The position numbers and the translations under genes were made by a program. This document shows positions 45,139 to 53,592 of a stretch of 64,000 nt of DNA, one piece after another (within the stretch, counting starts at the first letter, position 1; every line of letters starts with the position of its first letter). The stretch is taken from NCBI RefSeq assembly GCF_902785355.1, contig NZ_CACZYF010000002.1, one strand, 5' to 3'. Below the pieces are notes generated by a model. That model ran no database searches. It saw only the letters and a list, made by a program, of their open reading frames with translations, and had not been told where the DNA came from. This stretch comes from an uncultured Ruminococcus sp. Lineage in GTDB: Bacteria; Bacillota; Clostridia; Oscillospirales; Acutalibacteraceae.

Positions 45139-48100
45139 TCATTTTATCGAATCCATAATATTCAACAAACTCTGGTAACTATCCACATCGTGATATCTGA
45201 CCTCACTTGTCGAGATATTGTTGAACAGCTTCTTGGCGCATTTGATCTTCGCCTGCTCAATCGGTCTGAGACTCAGGCTCTCCATGGTGCCCTTTGTCTC
45301 GGCGACAAAGTAGATATGTTTGACGGTGCCCTCATAAAACGCAATCGCCCAGTCGGGAGAATAGTTGCCAACCGGCGTCGGGATATGGAAGCCCTTCGGG
45401 AGCTTTGCGTAGACACATACTTCATCCGCAGTATCCAGATCCTCGGCAAATCGGCGCTCGATACTCTGCTCGGCGCTACCGTCGGTGAACACATAATCCT
45501 GAACCGCTTTATTCGCCTTAAACGCCTGATCTATGGGACGGGAATTCTTCTCAGCAGTAAAGATTCCGCTGTCATACTCGCCATCAATCTGATTGTACGA
45601 GATATGCTCTACGATTGCAGTCGCCTTCTGCTCATTGATCAAGCGGCTGATCTTGGTGATGAATTCCTCGGGGTTGTTGCGGAACATACTGAGCTTCTGT
45701 TCGGAGATGCCTTTCAAAATCCGTACAACCGTCCTTCGGGTTAGCTTCGTCTGTTCGGCAATCTTACCTACCAGATCATATTTGACAGCGCTCTTTTCAC
45801 GATGTTTCAATACTTTTGTTTTGGTATGTTCTCTGCTGAAAGAATCCCCGCGATCAACCTCGTGCCGTTCCATATCATCCTTCTGTGAACCGACGGTCGC
45901 TGTATATTGCAACTCTGCGACAACCAGCTTGTCATTGATATGGATGACCGCGTTGCGCACCAGTTCATCGCTGTCGAAGTCGACCGTATAAGCGTACTTG
46001 CGGTTAATCTGCTTCCAGAGCGTCTGGAACTCTTTCTTATAGAAATTATCGTTCAGCGGATTATCCTTGACCTTTGTCTCGCTGCCATCGACAAACATAC
46101 GCTCCAGCACACTGTCATCATAGATCGCCTGAATCAGACCGTGGATGCCTTCTGCCATACTCTCCATCCCATTGGGTAATTCAGCAAGAGTACCCATCTG
46201 CGCGTCCATGCGGTATTTATCGGTGACTTTGCGCTGCATATCGACATATCCATTAAATATCAGGTAGAACTCGATATTGTTTGCCATATCGTCGGTAATC
46301 AGCGTCGGCACGCCGTCCATCTTGACATACTTGCCCTTGAAGTACTCGGAGGTTGCTGTCTCGGGACGATCATACAGCTCCGCCTTGATATCCTTCTGCA
46401 GATCGCCGATGAAGGACTTGTAGCTCTCGCTGGCTATGACGGTCAGCATATTGATGTCATGCACCTGATCGCCGACACTCTCCACATCAATGCGGCTGCC
46501 GTTACGATCGACGCACAAGCGCAGTCCGCGTCCAACCTCCTGCCGCTTGGCAGTATTACTGTCGGAATGTTTCAAGGTACAGATCTGGAACACATTGGGA
46601 TTATCCCATCCTTCGCGCAAGGCAGAATGGGAAAAGATAAATCGTGTCGGCTCCTCAAAGCTGAGGAGTCTTTCTTTATTTTTCAGAATCAGATCGTAAG
46701 CGGAAATATCATCGGAGAATTCACTCCCGCGTTTGAGCTTACTATCAACCGCATGACCCTTTTTATCGATGCTGAAATAGCCCTTATGCACCTTGCTCGG
46801 ATCACTGCATTTCTCGCGCAGATATTTCTGGTACGGAGTCTGCTCCAAGCCGATGTAATCATTGAAAACACTATTATACTCTTCTTCAAATATCTTGCCG
46901 TACTCGCCGAGCTGTTCTTCCCCGTTCTCATCATAGAGGCGGTACTTCGCGACCTCGTCGATGAAGAACAGCGACAGACACTTGATGCCGCGGTTAAAGA
47001 GCTGCTCCTCTTTCTCAAAGTGCGAGAGGATCGTCTCGCGAATCTGAATGCGGCGCATATCCTTTTCGGATACGTCGCCGACCACATTACCCGTGCTGAT
47101 CACTTCGCCGTTAGTGAAGGTTACTGTATGGTTGATCGGATTGATCTCGGATACGACAAAGCCCTTATACTGCTCCATCTCTTTGGAAAGGAAGAACAGA
47201 TCGTCACCCACGCCGACAGTGCGCGACTCACGGTTGATCGACTTGTTATAACCGATCTCCATCTCGATTTTTGCCATCGGAGGCTTGTTCTTCGACAGAA
47301 TGATCTGTTCCAAATACAGATACTTGTCCGTGCCGCGGAAGTTCTTGACCTCAAAGCCCTTGACCTCGATCTTCTTGACCAGACGCTTATTGAACGCATC
47401 CAGCGCGTCAAGCACATAGACAAGGTTATGCTGTGTTTTATGAGTTGCGGAATAATTCAGAGAAAACAGAGGGTTAAAGTTCTTCAACGCCTTCTGTGTG
47501 ACCTCACCGCCCATCTTCTGTGGCTCGTCCAGAATCAGGATCGGACGGTTCGCCTTGATGACGTCAATTGGACGACGGGAGCCGAACTCGTCACGCTTGC
47601 TGTAGATGATACGGCTCTCCTTATTCCTCGCACCTTCCTTGAGCGAGGACGCAAACGCCTGCGTATTGATGATCATGACATTCAGCCCCGAGTTACCGGA
47701 GAAGGAGTCGAGCTGATTGAGGTTCGAGCTGTTGTAGATGAAGAATCGCGCTTTCTTGCCGTAATGCTCCATGAAGTGATCCTCCATGGTCTCGAACGAC
47801 TTTTTCACGCCCTCGCGGATCGCGATACTCGGCACGACGACAATGAACTTCGTCCAGCCGTAACGCTTGTTCAGCTCGAACATCGTCTTGATATAGACAT
47901 AGGTCTTGCCGGTACCGGTCTCCATCTCGACGTCCAGACTGCACCGTCCCAGATCGCCCACCAACGCGGATGACGTCTTGATATTGTTCTCCTGCTGGAT
48001 ACGGCGGATATTCGCGAGCAGCTGATCATCGGAAAGGCTGATACGCTCATTCTTATAGCCGATATCATATATGTAGTTGTCATCAAACTCATCGCCGTCG

Positions 48101-48246
48101 AGCGTCGCCTGAATGTTCTCGAACTTCTTAGAGCCGAGGTCACGAGTGTACCGCGTACCGGTATCCATCCCCTGACCGCTGAAAACATTCACAACCGCCT
48201 CCACCGCGTCAGTCTGATACTGTTGGATTTTGAATTTGAAATTCAT
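45139..48246 (-). CDS. res: Type III restriction enzyme Res subunit (helicase plus PD-(D/E)xK endonuclease)
   Basis: Contains METGTGKTYVY (motif I), LILDEPQKMGG (motif II), and a C-terminal nuclease motif SPDWAIAF...YFVAETKG. Start set at MNFKFKIQQYQ, after AAGGTGA. Confidence 0.9.
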   Translation of the reverse strand: MNFKFKIQQYQTDAVEAVVNVFSGQGMDTGTRYTRDLGSKKFENIQATLDGDEFDDNYIYDIGYKNERISLSDDQLLANIRRIQQENNIKTSSALVGDLGRCSLDVEMETGTGKTYVYIKTMFELNKRYGWTKFIVVVPSIAIREGVKKSFETMEDHFMEHYGKKARFFIYNSSNLNQLDSFSGNSGLNVMIINTQAFASSLKEGARNKESRIIYSKRDEFGSRRPIDVIKANRPILILDEPQKMGGEVTQKALKNFNPLFSLNYSATHKTQHNLVYVLDALDAFNKRLVKKIEVKGFEVKNFRGTDKYLYLEQIILSKNKPPMAKIEMEIGYNKSINRESRTVGVGDDLFFLSKEMEQYKGFVVSEINPINHTVTFTNGEVISTGNVVGDVSEKDMRRIQIRETILSHFEKEEQLFNRGIKCLSLFFIDEVAKYRLYDENGEEQLGEYGKIFEEEYNSVFNDYIGLEQTPYQKYLREKCSDPSKVHKGYFSIDKKGHAVDSKLKRGSEFSDDISAYDLILKNKERLLSFEEPTRFIFSHSALREGWDNPNVFQICTLKHSDSNTAKRQEVGRGLRLCVDRNGSRIDVESVGDQVHDINMLTVIASESYKSFIGDLQKDIKAELYDRPETATSEYFKGKYVKMDGVPTLITDDMANNIEFYLIFNGYVDMQRKVTDKYRMDAQMGTLAELPNGMESMAEGIHGLIQAIYDDSVLERMFVDGSETKVKDNPLNDNFYKKEFQTLWKQINRKYAYTVDFDSDELVRNAVIHINDKLVVAELQYTATVGSQKDDMERHEVDRGDSFSREHTKTKVLKHREKSAVKYDLVGKIAEQTKLTRRTVVRILKGISEQKLSMFRNNPEEFITKISRLINEQKATAIVEHISYNQIDGEYDSGIFTAEKNSRPIDQAFKANKAVQDYVFTDGSAEQSIERRFAEDLDTADEVCVYAKLPKGFHIPTPVGNYSPDWAIAFYEGTVKHIYFVAETKGTMESLSLRPIEQAKIKCAKKLFNNISTSEVRYHDVDSYQSLLNIMDSIK

Positions 48247-48269
48247 AGGATCACCTTGCATTTGCTTTG

Positions 48270-48782
48270 TTACTTAGCTATATTGTTATCTTGAAGCTTT
48301 ATTCTTTTTCTAATATCATTAACCAGTTTACGATTTTGTTCTATTTGAATGTCTTTATTTGATCTCCATGCAAACAATCCGTTTGATAATCCGATAAGGT
48401 TCTTGCTGGTCTCTAACAAGTCATTTTTTGAAGGGATTCCTATATGAATAAACGGCATTATCTCAATAAATCCCTGCAATTCAGAAGCTATGTCACGTAA
48501 TTCATTAGATGCTTTATCCAACTCATCTCTATTGGCTTTATCAACCTTAAGAGCAGGATCAGAATAATAACGTGCTTGATATGTAAGGTGATAAGCTATT
48601 TTTTGTTTAATCTCCCTATACTTCTGTAAAGGAGTAATCCAAAGAGTGAACAAAATTTGCCCTAGAATAAATACTATAACACCGCTAAGCAACGTAATGC
48701 CAAAGGTTATCCATGGACTTGAATTTGCGTTATTCACTGTTATCTCCAATGGGGTAGCTATTTCATCAAAAGTTGCACTCAT
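48270..48782 (-). CDS. Small membrane protein (N-terminal TM hairpin plus helical domain), function unknown
   Basis: 170 aa. TM region WITFGITLLSGVIVFILGQILFTLWI. GGAGA RBS. Visibly more AT-rich than res and mod. Confidence 0.6.
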   Translation of the reverse strand: MSATFDEIATPLEITVNNANSSPWITFGITLLSGVIVFILGQILFTLWITPLQKYREIKQKIAYHLTYQARYYSDPALKVDKANRDELDKASNELRDIASELQGFIEIMPFIHIGIPSKNDLLETSKNLIGLSNGLFAWRSNKDIQIEQNRKLVNDIRKRIKLQDNNIAK

Positions 48783-48799
48783 GTTTATTCTCCAACGCC

Positions 48800-49600
48800 T
48801 TAGTAGTTGCCATGCTCCATTAATGTTTTTGCGTAGTCATAGAGATTATCATAATGAAGCAACGCAATATCTTTGTCTTTCAAGAATTCTCTACGTATCC
48901 TGTATGTTTTATCTGTAAAATCCGACCTTCTACCCGCAACAACCACATAATGAAAGCGTGTAGAATCAAACGTATACATTTCATCCGGCAACTGTTCATT
49001 TGTATATTTTTTTAAATCATTTGTAATTGAACTGAAACCAAATTCTAAATATCGCTGCCACTCTTTAATCTGTTTAATACCATCTCTGAATGCTTTTCCC
49101 AGTTCTCCGTCCTCAATTGTTATATTTGAATTGGGGTGTTCAAACTCTACCAGCACAAAACTATATCCATCAGATGATCTGCCAATCAATAAATAATCGG
49201 CTCTATAGTCGTTTCCTATTGGAAACTCTCTGAATAAAAAAGCATCATGATGTCCGAAGCTAAATAACGTAAATATTGATGCAGGTATCATATAATACTG
49301 TTTTTCCTTAATAAAACGTAGTATTTTTGCTTCATTTAAATCATTCGTACAGAGCAAGTCCTTATACTCATTACAAATATCGCTTATCCTCTGCTTATCT
49401 CTTAGCTCAACAGGATCAAGATAATTATTAGGGAATAAACTCATATTATGCCTAACTGCACTTGGATAACTTGTATAGGGACTTGGATGAAACATTCTTT
49501 CAACATGATACTCTTTATCCAATCTTTCTTTTTCATCAATCTCATCTTGAAATAACGAAGAATAATCCCTATCATATATTCCGAGTTTTATTGAACCCAT
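48800..49600 (-). CDS. PD-(D/E)xK nuclease-fold protein resembling DUF4263 (the Shedu SduA domain)
   Basis: 266 aa. The segment NEAKILRFIKEKQYYM...IGNDYRADYLLIGRSSDGYSFVLVEFEHP...QIKEWQRYLE recalls the DUF4263 pattern (E..F...D-[FY]-L...hhhhE-x-K). The usual Lys position reads E-F-E-H. AT-rich. Confidence 0.45.
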   Translation of the reverse strand: MGSIKLGIYDRDYSSLFQDEIDEKERLDKEYHVERMFHPSPYTSYPSAVRHNMSLFPNNYLDPVELRDKQRISDICNEYKDLLCTNDLNEAKILRFIKEKQYYMIPASIFTLFSFGHHDAFLFREFPIGNDYRADYLLIGRSSDGYSFVLVEFEHPNSNITIEDGELGKAFRDGIKQIKEWQRYLEFGFSSITNDLKKYTNEQLPDEMYTFDSTRFHYVVVAGRRSDFTDKTYRIRREFLKDKDIALLHYDNLYDYAKTLMEHGNY

Positions 49601-49601
49601 T

Positions 49602-51638
49602 TTATATCACCTTTCTAACTGTATCAGGACTATATGTAGCGAAGATTTGGTCGAAGTTGGTGGCGACGGAGTCGTTCTTCATGGAGCTGTCGCGCATGAC
49701 GAAGTAGGCGGGCTGGAGCTTGGCGACAGCGGTGATGGTCTCGTCGCTGACGTTCTCGTCAAAGCAGGCGATCAGGAAGTTGTCCGCTACGTTAAAGACC
49801 TTCTTGCCGGCGATGGTGCTCTCTTCGATCTTGCTCGACAGGAGCACGCCGAGGTCGAGCATCACCTGGAAGAGCAGATCCTCGGGGGTGCGATCCTCTT
49901 TGATATTGCTCTCGAGGTCGTCGAGGATCGACATCTGGACGTCGTGGGGATTGTAGTAAACGTCCTTCATGTTGGTAGAATCGAGCTTCAAAACGCGGAA
50001 GCCGATATCGAGTTTGGAGTTTGGAGATTGGAATGTGGAGCTATTTGTTTTCTCAACTCCACTCTCCACACTCAACACTCCACTCTCTTCCGTGATCTTT
50101 TTACCGGCTCGGCGAATACGCTCCTTGCCGATTTCGCAGATGTTTTTGTATCCGGCTTTATATGCCTCTTTCTTTTCATCACATAGTTCAGGGAGTTGAA
50201 CCATAATAAACTTACGATTGCCGCCGTCCGAAGCATTAAGATACATAACTGCATGAGCAGTTGTTGCAGAGCCAGAGAAGAAATCTAAACAATAATAATC
50301 ATTTCCAACAATAGATTGTGCAAGCTTTCCTATTAAGCGGCTTGGCTTTGAAAAATCAAACAAATACTGTTGACCCAGTAGCTTGTGCAATTCATCATTC
50401 GCATCTTCATTTGTTCCCCAACCACCGTTGTTTAAATTGTAATCATACGTAAACTCAGAAAGAGATTCTCCGTCAGCACCGATCCTTTGAAGCAAATCCT
50501 TTAGCATTTTAACGCGTTTTTCATTTACTATTCTACGGACATAATTATCCTGCGTAATATAAAGCAATCCTTCAGCAGAATAATTGTCAAGAGCTTTTTG
50601 TGAATAAATCCAGTTACTATCAACCCTTACGTCACGAACCAATACCCCATCAACTACTTCTAAATCATCAAGGTATATTAATTCCATGTTACCAGAACTG
50701 ATTCTTGTCCCCGCTGATATAGTGTAATCTTTCTCTTTATACTTGCTAGGGGTTCCTTTCTTTATTGTTCTTATTCCTCTTGCGTTAGTGGTTTTTATGC
50801 ATGGATACGTTTCTTGATCTGTATTCACCTCTCCAACTAATCCCTCAAAACAATTGTTTGATTTGCAAAAGACTAAAACATATTCTTTCATGTTAATATA
50901 GTGTTTGCTTAGAAAAGCTCCTTTTTTCTTTTTCTCCCACACTAACTGCGCTACAAAGCTTTTACTGCCAAATACTTCGTCACAAATTTTCTTTAGATTC
51001 TCAGCCTCATAGTCATTAATGCTTATGAAAATCACGCCATCATCAGACAACAAATCACGGGCAATCTTCAAACGCGGATAGAGCATATTCAGCCAGTCGG
51101 TATGGAAGCGACCGTTACTCTCGGTATTCTGGAACAAGTGGTTGCCATCATCGTCAATCTGACCGCTGTTTTCGATATACTCGTCGACACTCTCTTTGAA
51201 ATTATCATTATATACGAAGTCGCTCCCGGTATTATAGGGCGGGTCGATATAGATCATCTTGACTTTGCCGAGATAGGTCTCCTGCAGGAGCTTGAGGACG
51301 TCGAGGTTGTCGCCCTCGATATAGAGATTTTCAGTGTTATCAAAATCGACGCTCTCTTCGCGGCAGGGACGCAGCGTCTTACGGATCGGAGCATTCGCCG
51401 CGAGGATCGACTTCTTCTTATCCGGCCAAGTGAACTGATAGCGCTCGTCGCGCCCCTCTACCACCACAGCCGAAATCTCCTGCTGCAGCACATCCTTATC
51501 GATCGCGCGCTCGATGATCGCCTTTCCGTTCTCGTCATATCCCGTGATCGTCTCCGTCACCGCATTCGGAAACAAAGCCGCCAGCTTCTCATAATTCTCC
51601 TGAGTCCGATCCTTACTCTGCATCTTCATCTTGTCCAT
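49602..51638 (-). CDS. mod: Type III R-M Mod subunit (beta-class N6-adenine/N4-cytosine DNA methyltransferase)
   Basis: Contains IYIDPPYNTGSDF (motif IV) upstream of DFFSGSATTAHAV (motif I). 678 aa, with a strong AGGAGG RBS. Confidence 0.9.
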   Translation of the reverse strand: MDKMKMQSKDRTQENYEKLAALFPNAVTETITGYDENGKAIIERAIDKDVLQQEISAVVVEGRDERYQFTWPDKKKSILAANAPIRKTLRPCREESVDFDNTENLYIEGDNLDVLKLLQETYLGKVKMIYIDPPYNTGSDFVYNDNFKESVDEYIENSGQIDDDGNHLFQNTESNGRFHTDWLNMLYPRLKIARDLLSDDGVIFISINDYEAENLKKICDEVFGSKSFVAQLVWEKKKKGAFLSKHYINMKEYVLVFCKSNNCFEGLVGEVNTDQETYPCIKTTNARGIRTIKKGTPSKYKEKDYTISAGTRISSGNMELIYLDDLEVVDGVLVRDVRVDSNWIYSQKALDNYSAEGLLYITQDNYVRRIVNEKRVKMLKDLLQRIGADGESLSEFTYDYNLNNGGWGTNEDANDELHKLLGQQYLFDFSKPSRLIGKLAQSIVGNDYYCLDFFSGSATTAHAVMYLNASDGGNRKFIMVQLPELCDEKKEAYKAGYKNICEIGKERIRRAGKKITEESGVLSVESGVEKTNSSTFQSPNSKLDIGFRVLKLDSTNMKDVYYNPHDVQMSILDDLESNIKEDRTPEDLLFQVMLDLGVLLSSKIEESTIAGKKVFNVADNFLIACFDENVSDETITAVAKLQPAYFVMRDSSMKNDSVATNFDQIFATYSPDTVRKVI
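50010..50088. repeat. Heptad-armed hairpin lying in frame inside the mod coding sequence (copy i)
   Basis: GAGTTTG GAGTTTG GAGATTG GAATGTG GAG, loop ctatttgttttc, then TCAACTC CACTCTC CACACTC AACACTC CACTCTC. Confidence 0.7.
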
Positions 51639-52305
51639 TTTCTGCCTCCTGATTGTATGAAACTATATTAATTGCTCTGTCTAAAGTCTTTTTTTGATCT
51701 TCCAATAATTGATCAAATTCCAAGTTGTGCTTTTCTTCAGTTTGTACCATTGTATTAGTGAGTGATTCAGATAACAGTTCAGACACTAAAAAAGAAAGAA
51801 ATGCTGCCATAGTGAGGATATCTTGATTTGCAATTATTCTCGAATTAAAAGACTCATATGCAATAACCAAGAAAAAAGACAAAAAACCACAAGATATTAA
51901 AACGAAATCCATTGCCCTTTCAACTTTAATATACCTTTTCGCTTTATTAATACGTTTATTAAATTGAGAAATATATTTATCTCTAATTGAAACTACTTTT
52001 TCATATTCAGTTTCTGCGTGATAGCCCAAAATAGTTGCAGTTTTTTCTTGTAAATAGGATATCTCATTAAACCTTTTTTTATCGCTTTCTATTCTTTTCA
52101 TCATCTGCTCTTGAGCATTAATCATGGTACGCGACAGAGACGCTCCGGTAAACCAAAAAGTAGCAATCGTTGTTGCAGCCACAATTTTGTCCCAACCATC
52201 TATATTCCAGTTATACTTTTGAGATAATAAATGAACAATAAAGGAAACAAAAACGAATACAGTAAATGCAAGCATTAATGGGTTAAGGTAATAGTATTTC
52301 TTCAT
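51613..52305 (-). CDS. Four-TM membrane protein, function unknown
   Basis: 230 aa, with TM helices at about residues 8-27, 40-58, 133-150 and 165-182. Very AT-rich. The ATG abuts the DUF4391 stop (0-nt gap), and the 3' end overlaps the mod start by 26 nt. Confidence 0.6.
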   Translation of the reverse strand: MKKYYYLNPLMLAFTVFVFVSFIVHLLSQKYNWNIDGWDKIVAATTIATFWFTGASLSRTMINAQEQMMKRIESDKKRFNEISYLQEKTATILGYHAETEYEKVVSIRDKYISQFNKRINKAKRYIKVERAMDFVLISCGFLSFFLVIAYESFNSRIIANQDILTMAAFLSFLVSELLSESLTNTMVQTEEKHNLEFDQLLEDQKKTLDRAINIVSYNQEAENGQDEDAE

Positions 52306-52932
52306 TTATCTCATGTCCTTTAAACATATAATTTGCTGATGCAGTTCAAATTTCTTCTTCGGCTGGGCTTCGCGCTTAAGCTGTTTTTCCAGTCGTTCGA
52401 TCTCCCGTTCGAGCTTTTGCCGCTGTTCATACTCCAGTATAACATCTTTCAGCGGTTTGGAGAAGTCCTTTTGTATGCCGGAAACCTGATAGAACAATGC
52501 GGCGTAGATATCGTCGAGCGACAGTCCGTCTGCGCTCAGGTTCAGACTCTCACTCGGCGCAAAATCCGTATGATAGTAATTGCCGACCGAAAGTGACTCG
52601 GAGGAGGTCTTTTCTTTATAGGCGATCCAGAGCTGACTCTCCCCACCATATGTCAGGATGAAAAACGTATGATACGGGATACCGCGGTCGATCAGCCGCA
52701 GAATGCTGCTGTCAAAATTCTTGGTCGTCAGCTCGATCTCGAATATCTCGATCTCGTCAATCGTTTCACTCGTCGCAACACCGAGCGTATCCGCCGTCAG
52801 CTTATAGCGCCAGTAGATCGCGCTGATCTGATCGACGAATATCCGCTTGTTCGCAGCTGACACCGTCAGATTCTCATAAAAGCTCTTTTTCGGAACTTTT
52901 ACATTTACTATGGTTTTTGATGAAAACTCCAT
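52306..52932 (-). CDS. DUF4391-family protein
   Basis: 208 aa. The segment VPKKSFYENL...FVDQISAIYWRYKL...IEIFEIEL...LRLIDRGIPYHTFFIL matches my memory of the DUF4391 consensus. Needs an HMM check. Confidence 0.6.
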   Translation of the reverse strand: MEFSSKTIVNVKVPKKSFYENLTVSAANKRIFVDQISAIYWRYKLTADTLGVATSETIDEIEIFEIELTTKNFDSSILRLIDRGIPYHTFFILTYGGESQLWIAYKEKTSSESLSVGNYYHTDFAPSESLNLSADGLSLDDIYAALFYQVSGIQKDFSKPLKDVILEYEQRQKLEREIERLEKQLKREAQPKKKFELHQQIICLKDMR

Positions 52933-52939
52933 ATTTGCC

Positions 52940-53590
52940 TCATCCGTTAAAATCTTCTATTTCAATTAAAAAGCTATCAAAATACCTTCTTCTTTGCATT
53001 TCTATTTCTTCTTCTCTGAAGAAATCTTGCTCGAGTTCCAATTCGCGTTCCATTCTTCGTGCTGGACGCCACTCTGTGTGATAATGATTTCGCCATAGAG
53101 TGATGCGATCAACCAGATCCCGACAACAAACATCCGCAGATTGACTGTTGATGATAATGCTCTCAATATCACTCAGTGCTTTCTTTTCTTCTTCGTACTC
53201 TTTATCCAACCAAAAGTAAGAGGAACAGGCGTATTGTTTGATTGACATTCTGAAATTATTTTCGCGGTTAACAGCAGTAATAAATGCAGCTATTTTAGCG
53301 CGCTGTTCATATCTGACCAAAACCAGTACCTTATTCGGAATTGACGACGCAATTGCTTCAGCGATTCTTTGGAAAGTGTACTGTTTGTAGTAACAACCCA
53401 CGACCGCTTCGATGACTACCAGCTCTGAGTTGTTAGGATATCTAATTAGATACCGGATGATTACTTCGGATAGGTACTCCTTTAATAATCGAGATTCAGC
53501 AGCAGTCAGATTTGCCTTTTTGATAAATGTATCCGCGTCCAATCTTTTATTGACTCTTGACTTATCCAGAGCATAAAACAGGCGTTCCAT
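52940..53590 (-). CDS. Hypothetical protein, possible divergent DUF4391 paralogue
   Basis: About 216 aa. The block order resembles the neighbouring gene (VNKRLDADTF...LSEVIIRYLI...LVVIEAVV...IASSIPNKVLVLVRY). The start lies within 2 nt of the SNF2 stop. Confidence 0.4.
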   Translation of the reverse strand: MERLFYALDKSRVNKRLDADTFIKKANLTAAESRLLKEYLSEVIIRYLIRYPNNSELVVIEAVVGCYYKQYTFQRIAEAIASSIPNKVLVLVRYEQRAKIAAFITAVNRENNFRMSIKQYACSSYFWLDKEYEEEKKALSDIESIIINSQSADVCCRDLVDRITLWRNHYHTEWRPARRMERELELEQDFFREEEIEMQRRRYFDSFLIEIEDFNG

Positions 53591-53592
53591 GT

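Noticed and set aside
46459-47973. 504-aa plus-strand ORF
   Set aside because: It is antisense to the Type III res gene, whose helicase and nuclease motifs are unambiguous.
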